Source: an uncultured Pseudobdellovibrionaceae bacterium (GTDB lineage: Bacteria; Pseudomonadota; Alphaproteobacteria; Micavibrionales; Micavibrionaceae). From it: DNA of 64,000 nt. Of the stretch, positions 48,923 to 61,896 are shown one piece after another (position 1 is the stretch's first letter; every line of letters starts with the position of its first letter). The notes below the pieces were generated by a model, which saw nothing but the letters and a program-made list of their open reading frames with translations, did no database searches and had not been told where the DNA came from. The translations under genes and the position numbers were made by a program. Location: NCBI GenBank assembly GCA_964648505.1, contig CAZYMI010000006.1:4223-68222 (forward strand), given 5' to 3'.

Positions 48923-49516
48923 ATGACCCGTAAAATAATCTGTAAATTTTCTGTATTCTTTTTAATAGTGCTTAGCTTTTTCTCTGTTCCAGCTTTTGCG
49001 CAAGACTTACAAAAAGACCCTGAAAACCCTATTCAAATTTTAAAAGACCGGACTGATGTTATTTTAAAAGATCTGGATGAAAATCAAACCAGACAATTTC
49101 AAGCGATCCGCGCTTCTTATGGCACCATTCGTGGCGTTCAAGATGTTCGGGCACTTTTATTACGTGCGGTAAAAGCCTGCACTGAGAAAAACCCAGAACT
49201 CAAAGACCGGCTTGAAACACGCTTTACCAGCTGGACCGATACCGTTGACCCCGTCATCAGACAAGGAGAAAACCGACTAGACAAAATGATTTTACTACAA
49301 AGCTATGCTAAACCATCGGAAGTGCGGGCTTACTTGCAAGCTTTTGATGAAGCTGTTATCTGGCGAACAGAAAACGCAAAAACGGTGCCTGTATCTGACA
49401 AGAATGGCTGCGAGAAAATGATTCAATCAATGGATTCAACTCAAACCGAGCTTCCCGAACTTCTGACAAAAACGCTTAAGCTAGACAAGCCCCTGATTAT
49501 CCAACAAAGAAATTAG
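48923..49516 (+). CDS. Secreted hypothetical protein
   Basis: Signal peptide FSVFFLIVLSFFSVPAFA-QD. 197 aa, helical, no motif recognised. Confidence 0.62.
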   Translation: MTRKIICKFSVFFLIVLSFFSVPAFAQDLQKDPENPIQILKDRTDVILKDLDENQTRQFQAIRASYGTIRGVQDVRALLLRAVKACTEKNPELKDRLETRFTSWTDTVDPVIRQGENRLDKMILLQSYAKPSEVRAYLQAFDEAVIWRTENAKTVPVSDKNGCEKMIQSMDSTQTELPELLTKTLKLDKPLIIQQRN

Positions 49517-49524
49517 CTCTACCG

Positions 49525-50586
49525 ATGAAAATTCTGCAAGTCATGGCTGGTGCTAAAACTGGCGGGGCAGAAACAGCTTATGTCGATATGTGTCTTGCGC
49601 TGCACAACGCAGGGGCAGAAGTTATCGCCGCCACGCGAAAAAACACGCCGCGCACAAAACGTCTGACTGATGCAGGTATTAAAACCTACCTTCTTCCCTT
49701 CGGCGGTTTTATTGATTTTTATACACCTTTTATGTTGCGCCGTATAATCAAATCAGAAAAACCTTCGATTGTTCAATGCTGGATGAGCAGGGCAGGCCAA
49801 AAAACACCCGGCAGCCCAATTGATAATCATCATTTCAAAAAAGTGTGCCGCTTGGGCGGATATTACAAGCTTAAATATTTTCCTCACACAGATCATTTTA
49901 CAACAATCACCCCCATGATCCGCGACTGGTTGATTACACAATCTATAGACCCTGATAAAATAACCCATATCAATAATTTCGCTGACGTTGATCAAGTCAA
50001 ACAGCCTGTTAATCGAAGCAAACTCGAAACGCCACAAGATGCTTTTGTTTATCTTGCGCTTTCAAGGCTTCATAAGTCGAAAGCAATCGATACACTTTTA
50101 GCAGCTGTTGCTAAGACACCTTCTGTTTATTTGTGGATCGCTGGGGATGGTCCTGACCGCGAAGCGCTTGAAAAACTTGCACACACACTTGGTATTCAAG
50201 ATCGAGTTCGGTTTTTAGGCTGGCGTGATGATCGCGGTGCCTTGCTGGCTGCTTGTAATGCCGTTGTTTTTCCATCGCGGTATGAACCTTTTGGGACGGT
50301 ATTTGTTCAAGCCTGGGCAGCGCAAAAACCTGTGATTGTTTCAAACGCTGATGGGCCCAGACAATTTGTAACCCCAGACGAAGACGCCTTAATGTTCACA
50401 ATCGATGATATTGATACTCTTTCAAGCTATATGAACACGCTCGCGCATGATTCTGATTTGCAGGAAAAGCTTGTTGCTAGTGGCCTAAAACGCTACCGCG
50501 ATGAATTTACCAAGCAAAGCACTGTGCAGGCATATTTGGATCTTTACACAAAGCTATTATCTAATAAAAACAATATATTAACATAA
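49525..50586 (+). CDS. Glycosyltransferase family 4 (GT-B, GT1 superfamily)
   Basis: MKILQV..G...GGAE N-terminus, and a C-terminal E(x7)E-type region PSRYEPFGTVFVQAWAAQKPVIVSNADGPRQFV. Confidence 0.87.
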   Translation: MKILQVMAGAKTGGAETAYVDMCLALHNAGAEVIAATRKNTPRTKRLTDAGIKTYLLPFGGFIDFYTPFMLRRIIKSEKPSIVQCWMSRAGQKTPGSPIDNHHFKKVCRLGGYYKLKYFPHTDHFTTITPMIRDWLITQSIDPDKITHINNFADVDQVKQPVNRSKLETPQDAFVYLALSRLHKSKAIDTLLAAVAKTPSVYLWIAGDGPDREALEKLAHTLGIQDRVRFLGWRDDRGALLAACNAVVFPSRYEPFGTVFVQAWAAQKPVIVSNADGPRQFVTPDEDALMFTIDDIDTLSSYMNTLAHDSDLQEKLVASGLKRYRDEFTKQSTVQAYLDLYTKLLSNKNNILT

Positions 50587-50655
50587 ACTACTAGACAAAA
50601 TTGCATTATGTCTATAATGTACTTCCATATTCATTCATTTTTCACAGGATAAAAA

Positions 50656-51514
50656 ATGTCACCTTTAAAACGTCAGGTAGTTGCACTTGCACTTCTTACA
50701 ACAGCTTTCTCGGGCCCTGCACAAGCGCAAAGCGCTGGTGATATAGCCAGAGGAATTATGGGAAACGGTCCGGCCGGTGATCTCGCAAACCAGGCCGTTA
50801 ATGGACTGATCGGCATGTTCAAGAAGAAACCAACGTTGCAAATCACAGACATGGTAGCCGCGCCCGCGTTAAAAGACCCAGAAAAATATAGCAGCCTTAT
50901 CGCAATGAGCACAGCTGACTACAACAGCCTTATTGCACAATGCGATTCAGGCAAACCAAGCGGTGCGCTTAAAAGAACCTGCAAAACAACAGTTGAATTC
51001 AGAAAATGGCAAGACACCCGAAAAACACTCGGCTTTGACGTGGTTCCTTCAATCATCGAGGGACAATTTGCTTATGCACCTGCCGGTACAACAGATAGTG
51101 TTTTTAACTGGACCGCAACAACAACGACAACAAAGGCAAAAAAAGGCACCCCAGCTTCAACCACAACCGCCCTGCCTTTTTTAGCTGGAACAAAATTTTT
51201 ACCTGTTATTGGAGCAGATGGAAATAAAAGTAATGTTGAAATCTCAACGCTGCAAACCATGGCACAGACCGGCGCTTTAAACGGATTTAAAATTGAACGT
51301 GTCACCGATGCGGAAGGCCGTAAGATTGGTGACGGAAATATTCTTCGCCTTACAGCTTTTCAAGGTGAAACACTTGGAACAACACTTTACGTCGATAAAA
51401 ATGACCTGATGCGTATTGTGCCCAGAAACACACTGACATCTTGGCTTGGTATAACAGATCCAAGACCACAGGCAGCCCCTGAACAGCGCACACCGGCTGG
51501 GCCGACTATTCCAA

Positions 51515-51522
<8 letters not shown>
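50656..51522 (+). CDS. Secreted hypothetical protein with a Thr-rich segment
   Basis: Signal peptide VVALALLTTAFSGPAQA-QS. TATTTTTKAKKGTPASTTTA low-complexity stretch. No motif recognised. Confidence 0.62.
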
Positions 51523-53620
<2,098 letters not shown>

Positions 53621-53651
53621 ACTAAACCTCTAAATTTATTATGAGTTAACG

Positions 53652-54440
53652 ATGAGCCTAACATTCGACATACCGCAAACTGCTTTGTTTGCTTACAAAA
53701 CCTTATGGACACAACGGCATTATACCGCGCGATTGATTGCAATTCCGTTACTTTTAAAATTTGTCTGTGCGGTGGCTGTTTTACTTTCTGGCGCAGGGAA
53801 CGACTTTATCCGCCAATCAATCATCATGCTGCCTTCTTACTTTGCTGAAGGCTGGATGATCGCGCAATACCTGCGTACGCAGCTAACCGGAGAACGCTGG
53901 CCCTATCCAGTTGATCTTTCAAGTGTTGCCAATGAAGTTAAAATTATTCGCCGTGTGCGGGGGCTGCTGGCTTGTATTATTTGTTATGTTCTTACCATGA
54001 TGGGCATTGCCCTTATTGCATCTTTAACACTCAACGTTGCTGGCACCACCGGTTTAAGCGGTGAAACAAGACTTTCCCCAGACAAGCAGGCTATGATTAC
54101 CGGGATTATGATCGCTTCTATCTTTTTGTTTCGGTTTATGTGGTTGCCTTTACCCCTTGTGGTTAACACGCCTATTGCGCATTACATTTCAATTACAAAG
54201 GGCTTTTTGCCCTCTGTAAAGCTTTTTGCCTTATGGCTTCTGGTGACTTTATCGGCTGTTATCACTTTTATCGGCAGCCTATCGATTATTATGAGCTTGC
54301 TTGTTTCGGGCCCTTCTATTCAGTCGCAACCCACACTTATTTTTCTAACTTTAATTGAATCGTTTGCATTGATTATTATAAAAATATTATCCATGTCTGC
54401 GATAGCACAAGCCTTAAAACCGCACCTTATTATAAGCTAG
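53652..54440 (+). CDS. Polytopic membrane protein, function unknown
   Basis: 262 aa with about six hydrophobic helices. It sits between the FNR and ferredoxin genes. Confidence 0.6.
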   Translation: MSLTFDIPQTALFAYKTLWTQRHYTARLIAIPLLLKFVCAVAVLLSGAGNDFIRQSIIMLPSYFAEGWMIAQYLRTQLTGERWPYPVDLSSVANEVKIIRRVRGLLACIICYVLTMMGIALIASLTLNVAGTTGLSGETRLSPDKQAMITGIMIASIFLFRFMWLPLPLVVNTPIAHYISITKGFLPSVKLFALWLLVTLSAVITFIGSLSIIMSLLVSGPSIQSQPTLIFLTLIESFALIIIKILSMSAIAQALKPHLIIS

Positions 54441-54442
54441 CC

Positions 54443-54790
54443 ATGACCGATACGCCTTTAGATATCACCCTAGAAATAATCGTAAAAGATCTTGATGATA
54501 CCGTACACACAATTCCTGCTTTAGCTGGATGGAGCGTTATGGAGATTATTAAGGATGCCAAACTACCTTTGAAAGCTGAATGTGGCGGCGCATGCGCCTG
54601 CGGAACATGCCATGTCTATATCGACGAAAACTGGCTTCAAAAACTTCCGCCCCCCAATGACGAGGAAATCGAGCGTCTGGAAAATGACGCCTTTTTTGTG
54701 CGTAATAATTCCCGCCTTTCCTGCCAGATCATCATGGCTGACAACATGAATGGCTTGGTTGTTTCGCTTGCAAAAACCGACTTTGCCTAA
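54443..54790 (+). CDS. 2Fe-2S ferredoxin (adrenodoxin/putidaredoxin type)
   Basis: Cluster ligands CGGACACGTCHV ... LSCQ. 115 aa. Confidence 0.9.
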   Translation: MTDTPLDITLEIIVKDLDDTVHTIPALAGWSVMEIIKDAKLPLKAECGGACACGTCHVYIDENWLQKLPPPNDEEIERLENDAFFVRNNSRLSCQIIMADNMNGLVVSLAKTDFA

Positions 54791-54811
54791 GCAAGTGAAT
54801 TAACGGGCTTT

Positions 54812-55081
54812 TTATTGCAACGATCCTGTGAAACCAATCGCTTCAAATTCAGCAGGTGTCATCAATCCTTTATGCGCCAAGCGCACGGAATGCAGTTTCC
54901 CTTCCAAATTATGCGACCAAAACTCAAGGAATCTTTTTAAACTTGGAAATGTGGGGGCATGGTCGTAATCTTGCCAGATATAGGTTTGAAGAAGCGCCGG
55001 ATGATCGGGCATGTGATAAAGTATTTCGGCTGTCGTTAATCGATAATTTTTCAGAACGACAATTTCTACATCATTTCTCAT
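54812..55081 (-). CDS. usg: Usg-family protein
   Basis: YRLTTAEILYHMPDHPALLQTYIWQDYDHAPTFPSLKRFLEFWSHNLEGKLHSVRLAH matches the Usg-like family pattern. Confidence 0.78.
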   Translation of the reverse strand: MRNDVEIVVLKNYRLTTAEILYHMPDHPALLQTYIWQDYDHAPTFPSLKRFLEFWSHNLEGKLHSVRLAHKGLMTPAEFEAIGFTGSLQ

Positions 55082-55164
55082 AATATACCTCCTGGTTTTT
55101 TGCTCTGTTAGGCCTGTTCTGGGCCTTCTAATATTAATTATACCCTAATAATCCTTAAAAAAGC

Positions 55165-55193
55165 CTTGAAATGCTTCGCCATCAGGCTTATAT
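55165..55193 (+). promoter_or_regulatory. Alpha-type sigma32 (RpoH)-like heat-shock promoter for groESL
   Basis: CTTG (55165-55168), then N18, then CTTATAT (55187-55193). This fits the alphaproteobacterial CTTG-N17/18-CYTATNT consensus. Confidence 0.5.
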
Positions 55194-55196
55194 GAT

Positions 55197-55223
55197 CTGG
55201 CACTCGGGCGGGTTGAGTGCTAA
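55197..55223 (+). promoter_or_regulatory. CIRCE operator (HrcA binding site)
   Basis: CTGGCACTC-N9-GAGTGCTAA versus the consensus TTAGCACTC-N9-GAGTGCTAA. It lies between the promoter and groES. Confidence 0.8.
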
Positions 55224-55275
55224 CAGGCTCATACCGTCCCTTGGTTCAACCGAACAAGCTGAAAAGGAGCTTAAA

Positions 55276-55566
55276 ATGAACTTCAGACCACTACACGACC
55301 GCGTTCTCGTTCGCCGTATTGAAGCGGGCGATAAAACCAAAGGCGGTATTATCATTCCAGAAACAGCCAAAGAAAAACCAATGGAAGGCGAAGTTGTCGC
55401 TGCTGGTTCAGGCGCGCGTGACGAAATGGGAAAACTCATCCCACTTGATGTCAAAAAAGGCGACCGGATCATTTTCTCAAAATGGTCAGGCACAGAAATC
55501 ACCATCGAAGGCACAGAAATGTTGGTGATGAAAGAATCCGACATTCTTGGCGTTATGGCTGCTTAA
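55276..55566 (+). CDS. groES: Co-chaperonin GroES
   Basis: [41 protein letters not shown] Shine-Dalgarno at 55264-55269. The ORF-track start at 55171 spans the CIRCE element and is rejected. Confidence 0.95.
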   Translation: MNFRPLHDRVLVRRIEAGDKTKGGIIIPETAKEKPMEGEVVAAGSGARDEMGKLIPLDVKKGDRIIFSKWSGTEITIEGTEMLVMKESDILGVMAA

Positions 55567-55591
55567 CTTTAACTGAATACAAAAAGGATAA

Positions 55592-57382
<1,791 letters not shown>

Positions 57383-57461
57383 AGCATTTTATATTGACAC
57401 TTTGACAAATGAACGGCTAATAGAAGAGAGAATAAAATTAACTTACAAAGACTCATTTTCA

Positions 57462-58181
57462 ATGAATTTCAGCACATCATCACAACAAGCTGGCGACCTT
57501 GTAGATCCGCGCTCGATTACTGGAGGCGTTCCAAGGGCTTATGAGGCTTACACCACTATACCTGCTGATGTTACAAAAGTGCGCCAAGCATTTGACCGGC
57601 ACAAAACTATACAAGTTGCACTAAGAAAAAAAGATATCTTTAACCAGGCTGCAAGAGATGGTCGATTTATTATATTAGAAAATGCTTGGGCCAATATATC
57701 TGCGGGCGTGGCTCTGTATAATCATCAAACTGAATCTGGCGTAAATATAACTGAAATAGGGTCGGCCTTTATTGTCGAAAGCGATAAGGGGCAGGATCTA
57801 TTTCGTAAGTCTATAGCTTTTGCTCTTTTAAAAGCCGCAAACGATCATCCCAACAACTTACTCGTGTCTGCTGTTTTCAGTGATAACGAAGCCTCTAAAA
57901 AACGCATGCGCGAACTCGGTTGGACACCAATAGAAGAAGACGCTGAAATTGATAGAGCCTGCAAAAGATCTTATCAAACTAAATCTACAAGAACGAGCTT
58001 GGATTGGTTTGTGTTCCGTCCTGAGTCCGTCCGTGAATACGCGCCACAATTGATTAACATCATTCGATCAGGAAGTTTTGTTGTGCCATCTGACGACTTG
58101 AATGATATTCTGAGCGCATACCTTATGCCACAAACGCACAGAAGACATAGAAGACTCGTTCCACAAAACGTTGCTGCTTAA
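57462..58181 (+). CDS. GNAT-fold protein with an unknown C-terminal extension (paralog A)
   Basis: Aligns with paralog B at 58785-59531: PRAYEAY.....V, GRFIILEN, EIGSAFI, N.AS..RMRELGW. The start is probably the ATG at 57462; the ORF-track TTG at 57402 overlaps the TTGACA promoter-like hexamers. Confidence 0.62.
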   Translation: MNFSTSSQQAGDLVDPRSITGGVPRAYEAYTTIPADVTKVRQAFDRHKTIQVALRKKDIFNQAARDGRFIILENAWANISAGVALYNHQTESGVNITEIGSAFIVESDKGQDLFRKSIAFALLKAANDHPNNLLVSAVFSDNEASKKRMRELGWTPIEEDAEIDRACKRSYQTKSTRTSLDWFVFRPESVREYAPQLINIIRSGSFVVPSDDLNDILSAYLMPQTHRRHRRLVPQNVAA

Positions 58182-58335
58182 CCTGAAACGTTCGCAGCTG
58201 ATTTCCACAAAACTTCAAATTGCCTTTTATACGCATGATGAAGTAATTGATCTTTAATCACATAAATAACAAGATCTTTCTTATCAAACAAAACGAAGGC
58301 CAATTTTTCGTGGTAGACCACAAAAGAGACGGAAT
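58178..58335 (-). pseudogene. 3'-terminal remnant (about 50 codons) of an XRE-regulator paralog, truncated at the duplication junction
   Basis: My minus-strand translation is [52 protein letters not shown]. It aligns with the C-terminus of the 59536-60180 protein (TIYVFADKIAFLNFSDDDVLVLMISQKDIADSFRIMFDISWNNVAFIK*). It has the same convergent position relative to the GNAT-like gene. Confidence 0.5.
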
Positions 58336-58572
58336 CAAAAAGATCCAAATTTTGGTTTTGATGCTCAAAACGACAGCTATGGCGATATGGTTAAAGCAGG
58401 TATTATTGATCCTGTGAAAATCGTTCGTACTGCCCTTCAGGATGCGGCGTCTGTTGCAGGTCTTCTGATCACAACAGAAGCCATCATCACAGATGCGCCA
58501 AAATCCGAAAAATCGGGTGGCGGTATGCCAGGCGGCGGCATGGGTGGCGGCATGGGTGATATGGATTTCTAA
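58336..58572 (+). pseudogene. Duplicated 3' fragment of groEL (last 79 codons), with no 5' part
   Basis: Identical to 57011-57247 except for one substitution (Thr to Pro codon). The 61-aa track ORF at 58387-58572 is simply the in-frame Met inside this fragment. Confidence 0.9.
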
Positions 58573-58610
58573 AATCCTATCCCAAGCTTTTATTCCGAAA
58601 GTTACAAAAA

Positions 58611-58632
58611 CCCCGAGAAATCGGGGTTTTTT
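58611..58632 (+). terminator. Duplicated copy of the groEL terminator
   Basis: Same CCCCGA-GAAA-TCGGGG plus T6, inside repeat copy 2. Confidence 0.75.
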
Positions 58633-58784
58633 ATTATATTGAGTAATAAAATTATAAATTACGTTAAATATATTTGAATTAAAAATACCATTTGATGCAT
58701 AAAAAATGTATTTTTCGTTGACAGTTATGACTTTTAGCCTTAAGAATGCCTCTGAAATAAAAGGATAACTCTTTTTAAAAAATC

Positions 58785-59531
58785 ATGGCCGACATCGAAC
58801 TAGATCTAAATAGCGCCTTTAAAGATAGCGTGAGTGAAACCCCAAGGTTTCGCGCGCGTATGTCAACACACGCCGACCTAGAAGCCGTGATCGCTTTTTT
58901 CAAAAGCCATACTGACCCTAATGTTCATATCCGAACACTTGAAGCAATCGAAGAAGCTTGCAAAAAAGGTCGCGTTATCATCCTGAAGGACAGTAACGAT
59001 AAGATGATCGGGATGTCTGCTCGATACGCACACAATATGAATGGCTTTTCATTCCAAGAATTGGGCTCTGTTATGATTGATAAATCAGCAACGCGCCAAG
59101 GTCTTTCAAGCCAAATGGTTGCGTTGCAAGTTGCCGCAGCCTACTTCCTTGATAAAGAAAAGCCAAATATTTTGGTTGCTGACTTTGTTGAAGGCAATTT
59201 AAACGCTCAAGATATGTTCAGAAAGCTAAACTGGAAATTATTTGATGATGCAGGTGCTATCCGCGAGCAGTGCTACACGACACATACGGAAGCATTTGAA
59301 GGTAAAACAAATTGGTGCATGTTCTCGGAAAGCGATCTTTTTGGAATGGCCCGTAAAATGATTCAGATTTTTACATCTCGAAACAACTTAACACCTGTTG
59401 AGCCTTTATTTACAGCCTATAATCGATTAGTTGAGATTGCACTATCATCAGATGAGCGGCCTGACCCTGCACACTTTGCGGCCATCAAAGCGGCTCAACG
59501 AAAATTAGGTATAGATAGAGCCGTCGCTTAA
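58785..59531 (+). CDS. GNAT-fold protein with an unknown C-terminal extension (paralog B)
   Basis: GNAT-like core: ELGSVMIDKSATRQGLSSQMV (motif A-like R.QG) and NLNAQDMFRKLNW. A TTGACA-N17-TAAGAA promoter-like sequence lies at 58718-58746. Confidence 0.68.
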   Translation: MADIELDLNSAFKDSVSETPRFRARMSTHADLEAVIAFFKSHTDPNVHIRTLEAIEEACKKGRVIILKDSNDKMIGMSARYAHNMNGFSFQELGSVMIDKSATRQGLSSQMVALQVAAAYFLDKEKPNILVADFVEGNLNAQDMFRKLNWKLFDDAGAIREQCYTTHTEAFEGKTNWCMFSESDLFGMARKMIQIFTSRNNLTPVEPLFTAYNRLVEIALSSDERPDPAHFAAIKAAQRKLGIDRAVA

Positions 59532-59535
59532 TTTT

Positions 59536-60180
59536 CTATTTAATAAAAGCGACATTGTTCCACGAGATATCGAACATAATTCTAAAGCTGTCCGCGATAT
59601 CCTTTTGAGAAATCATAAGAACAAGAACGTCATCATCGCTAAAATTCAAAAAAGCTATCTTATCTGCAAAAACATAAATTGTTCTGTCTTTAAAAAGCTT
59701 TGATGGAAACCATTTATACTCAGCAAATCCACCTGCAATAAAATCTTTTTCGTTTTCCTGAACAATAATTCTAAAATTTGGTCTTTGTTTTAGTTCCTTC
59801 ATGCGCGTAGCATGCATAATATACCATTCTTCACCACACCATTTTTTGATCAGCTTTGGTACACCATTAAAAAGACAGATATCATCAGACGTCTCTTTTG
59901 CAGCCTGATAAACCTCGTCTATGAACTTTCTAAAACCATCCTGACCCTGATAGCTCATGACGTTCACCTTGCGGCGACGAACACCTTCTGTATCAAGAAA
60001 TTCAATGCCTACTTTTGTGAAAGCCTGAATCATCTTTGATGATGTTTCACTATTTGGCTTACTCTCTCCGTTCTCAATACGGGCAATGCCGGTTTGGGAA
60101 AGGCCCGCTGCTGAAGCTAAATCGGCCTGTGACCAGCCCAAAAGCGCGCGAGCTGCTTTAATTTGCTCAATTGTTGGCAT
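59536..60180 (-). CDS. XRE-family helix-turn-helix regulator with a roughly 150-aa C-terminal domain of unknown function
   Basis: N-terminus IKAARALLGWSQADLASAAGLSQTGIARIENGESKP...GIEF. Convergent with paralog B. Confidence 0.83.
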   Translation of the reverse strand: MPTIEQIKAARALLGWSQADLASAAGLSQTGIARIENGESKPNSETSSKMIQAFTKVGIEFLDTEGVRRRKVNVMSYQGQDGFRKFIDEVYQAAKETSDDICLFNGVPKLIKKWCGEEWYIMHATRMKELKQRPNFRIIVQENEKDFIAGGFAEYKWFPSKLFKDRTIYVFADKIAFLNFSDDDVLVLMISQKDIADSFRIMFDISWNNVAFIK

Positions 60181-60319
60181 TAAAATCGCCTTTTTCTTAA
60201 AAAATCTATTATTTTCAGACTGTTAGTAATTATTACGTTTATTCTAGCCCTTTTAAAAAAAAAGACAAATACGCAAAATATTTATTGACGTAATACAAAT
60301 AATGCTATAAAAAATACAC

Positions 60320-60434
60320 AGAAGTACGAATTTTATGCATCCCCTCCTGAGCGATCAGGTCCGCATAGGTTCGGATTTCCCCCACACACGTTAACTTTTC
60401 GCCGCATCGCCTTCGGGCTTTGCGGCGTTTTTTT
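60320..60434 (+). ncRNA. Candidate small RNA (about 115 nt) with C-rich single-stranded motifs
   Basis: Promoter-like TTGACG (60285-60290) with an A/T-rich -10 around 60306-60313. Hairpins: CCTGA-GCGA-TCAGG (60346-60359) and TCCG-8nt-CGGA (60360-60375). CCCCUCC and UUCCCCC tracts. Terminator at 60400-60434. No downstream plus-strand gene. Confidence 0.35.
60400..60434 (+). terminator. Rho-independent terminator
   Basis: CGCCGCA-14 nt-TGCGGCG followed by T7. Confidence 0.75.
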
Positions 60435-60472
60435 GCCCTAACGGGCAAGGGGCGGCGTTTTTTTGCCCTAAC
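60422..60472. repeat. 21-bp direct repeat GCGGCGTTTTTTTGCCCTAAC x2, 30 bp apart
   Basis: Copies at 60422-60442 and 60452-60472. The intervening TTGCCC-TAAC-GGGCAA hairpin plus the second T7 tract looks like a second, tandem terminator. Confidence 0.8.
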
Positions 60473-60486
60473 CTACACTCTACGCT

Positions 60487-60858
60487 CTAACGACAGCGGG
60501 CAAAAAGCTTTGTTCTTCCATCTTCTGTAGGCAAACGTTCTACAATCACGTCCCCCTGCGCGATTGTTTTACATTCAAATACCGGCATTAATGTGCGCAA
60601 TACCAAACGCAACCGATCCCCTTCAAAAAAGGGGCCTTCTGAACAGACCTTAAGGGCTACTGTATCGCCATCTGGAGTCAACGTGAAATTCATACGCTGG
60701 GGGGCTATATCACCATCTGGTGCGGTTGCAACTTGCCCGTGGACTGTTCCTTGCGTCTGATTAACCAGTCTAAAACATTTTTTTTGAAGACTTGTCTGCG
60801 CAAATGCAGGAAGCCCAAAGCATATTAAAAGAATAAAACTGCAAATTAATTTTATCAT
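60487..60858 (-). CDS. Small secreted Cys-containing protein (123 aa)
   Basis: Signal peptide ILLICFGLPAFA-QT and four Cys in the mature part. ATGA overlap with the upstream FNR paralog. Confidence 0.6.
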   Translation of the reverse strand: MIKLICSFILLICFGLPAFAQTSLQKKCFRLVNQTQGTVHGQVATAPDGDIAPQRMNFTLTPDGDTVALKVCSEGPFFEGDRLRLVLRTLMPVFECKTIAQGDVIVERLPTEDGRTKLFARCR

Positions 60859-61865
60859 AAAGGTAAGCCTTTGGTTGTTGAATATTCCATGTGCAAAGGC
60901 TTGTCAGGATACAAGCGACGATAAATACTATGCGCAGCCTGAGCAGCCTCAGCAAATCCTGTTAAAATCAATTTTAATTTATGTGGATATGATGCAATGT
61001 CGCCAACTGCGTAAATGCCGGCTTTTGAACTCTCAGATGTTTCTTGCGTAATCAGGATCGCGTTTCTATCAAGGCCCAAACCCCATTGTGCAATAGGCCC
61101 AAGTGACGCTGTAAGACCAAAAAATGGTAATAAAATATCAGCTTCAATTAACCTCGTCTGACCATCTATCGCAGCAACAATAACTTTTTTGATCTGGGCA
61201 TTATCCCCTTCCAGCCCTTTAAGTTGATAAGGCGTAACCAAATCAATTTTACCTTGTTGCGCATATTGTTTAACACGGCTTAGGGTTTCAGGCGCGGCGC
61301 GAAACTGTTCTCGCCTGTGTACAATGCTCACCGACTTTGCAATATCAACAAGCGACAAAGCCCAATCCAATGCCGAATCACCCCCCCCTGCAATCACAAT
61401 GCGTTTGTCTGCCAAGCTTGTACGGTTACGAACCGCATAGAAAACACTTGTTCCTTCAAATTGCTCGATATTATCAATTGGTGGGCGATTAGGCCCAAAT
61501 GACCCTGCGCCTGCTGCAATAATAACAGCGCTTGTTTGAAACTGAGTGCCGGTTGATGTTTGCAGGTAGAACCCGTTATCTTGTTCATGTAGTTGCTCAA
61601 GGGTCTGGGAAAGATGAAAGACAGGCTTAAAAGGTGCAGCCTGTGCTTCAAGACGTGCAATCAAATCGGCTGCCTGAATGGTTGGGCAGGCTGGAATATC
61701 ATAAATCGGCTTTTCGGGATAAAGCGCCGTACACTGCCCGCCAATTTCCTCAAGGCTATCCACAACGTGGCATTTCAGGCCCAGCATACCACATTCAAAA
61801 ACAGCAAAAAGGCCCACCGGCCCTGCACCAATAATCACAACATCTGTGGAAATGCGTTTCTTCAT
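60855..61865 (-). CDS. Thioredoxin-reductase-type ferredoxin--NADP(+) reductase (paralog 2)
   Basis: [50 protein letters not shown]. About half of the positions are identical to paralog 1, by eye. Start at the ATG at 61863-61865 or at 61896-61898. Confidence 0.88.
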   Translation of the reverse strand: MKKRISTDVVIIGAGPVGLFAVFECGMLGLKCHVVDSLEEIGGQCTALYPEKPIYDIPACPTIQAADLIARLEAQAAPFKPVFHLSQTLEQLHEQDNGFYLQTSTGTQFQTSAVIIAAGAGSFGPNRPPIDNIEQFEGTSVFYAVRNRTSLADKRIVIAGGGDSALDWALSLVDIAKSVSIVHRREQFRAAPETLSRVKQYAQQGKIDLVTPYQLKGLEGDNAQIKKVIVAAIDGQTRLIEADILLPFFGLTASLGPIAQWGLGLDRNAILITQETSESSKAGIYAVGDIASYPHKLKLILTGFAEAAQAAHSIYRRLYPDKPLHMEYSTTKGLPL

Positions 61866-61896
61866 ATTTTCGTCCGGCTTTGTTTTAGATATAACC

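Larger units (their letters stand above)
58336..58707. repeat. Direct repeat copy 2 (see 57011-57382)
   Basis: Verified by direct comparison of both copies. Confidence 0.95.

Noticed and set aside
55171-55275. 35-codon N-terminal extension of groES
   Set aside because: It spans the sigma32-like promoter and the CIRCE operator. The canonical [12 protein letters not shown] start has a good AAGGAG Shine-Dalgarno sequence.
58387-58572. 61-aa ORF as an independent mini-GroEL gene
   Set aside because: It is the tail of the duplicated groEL fragment, starting at an internal Met. It has no Shine-Dalgarno sequence or promoter of its own that I can see.
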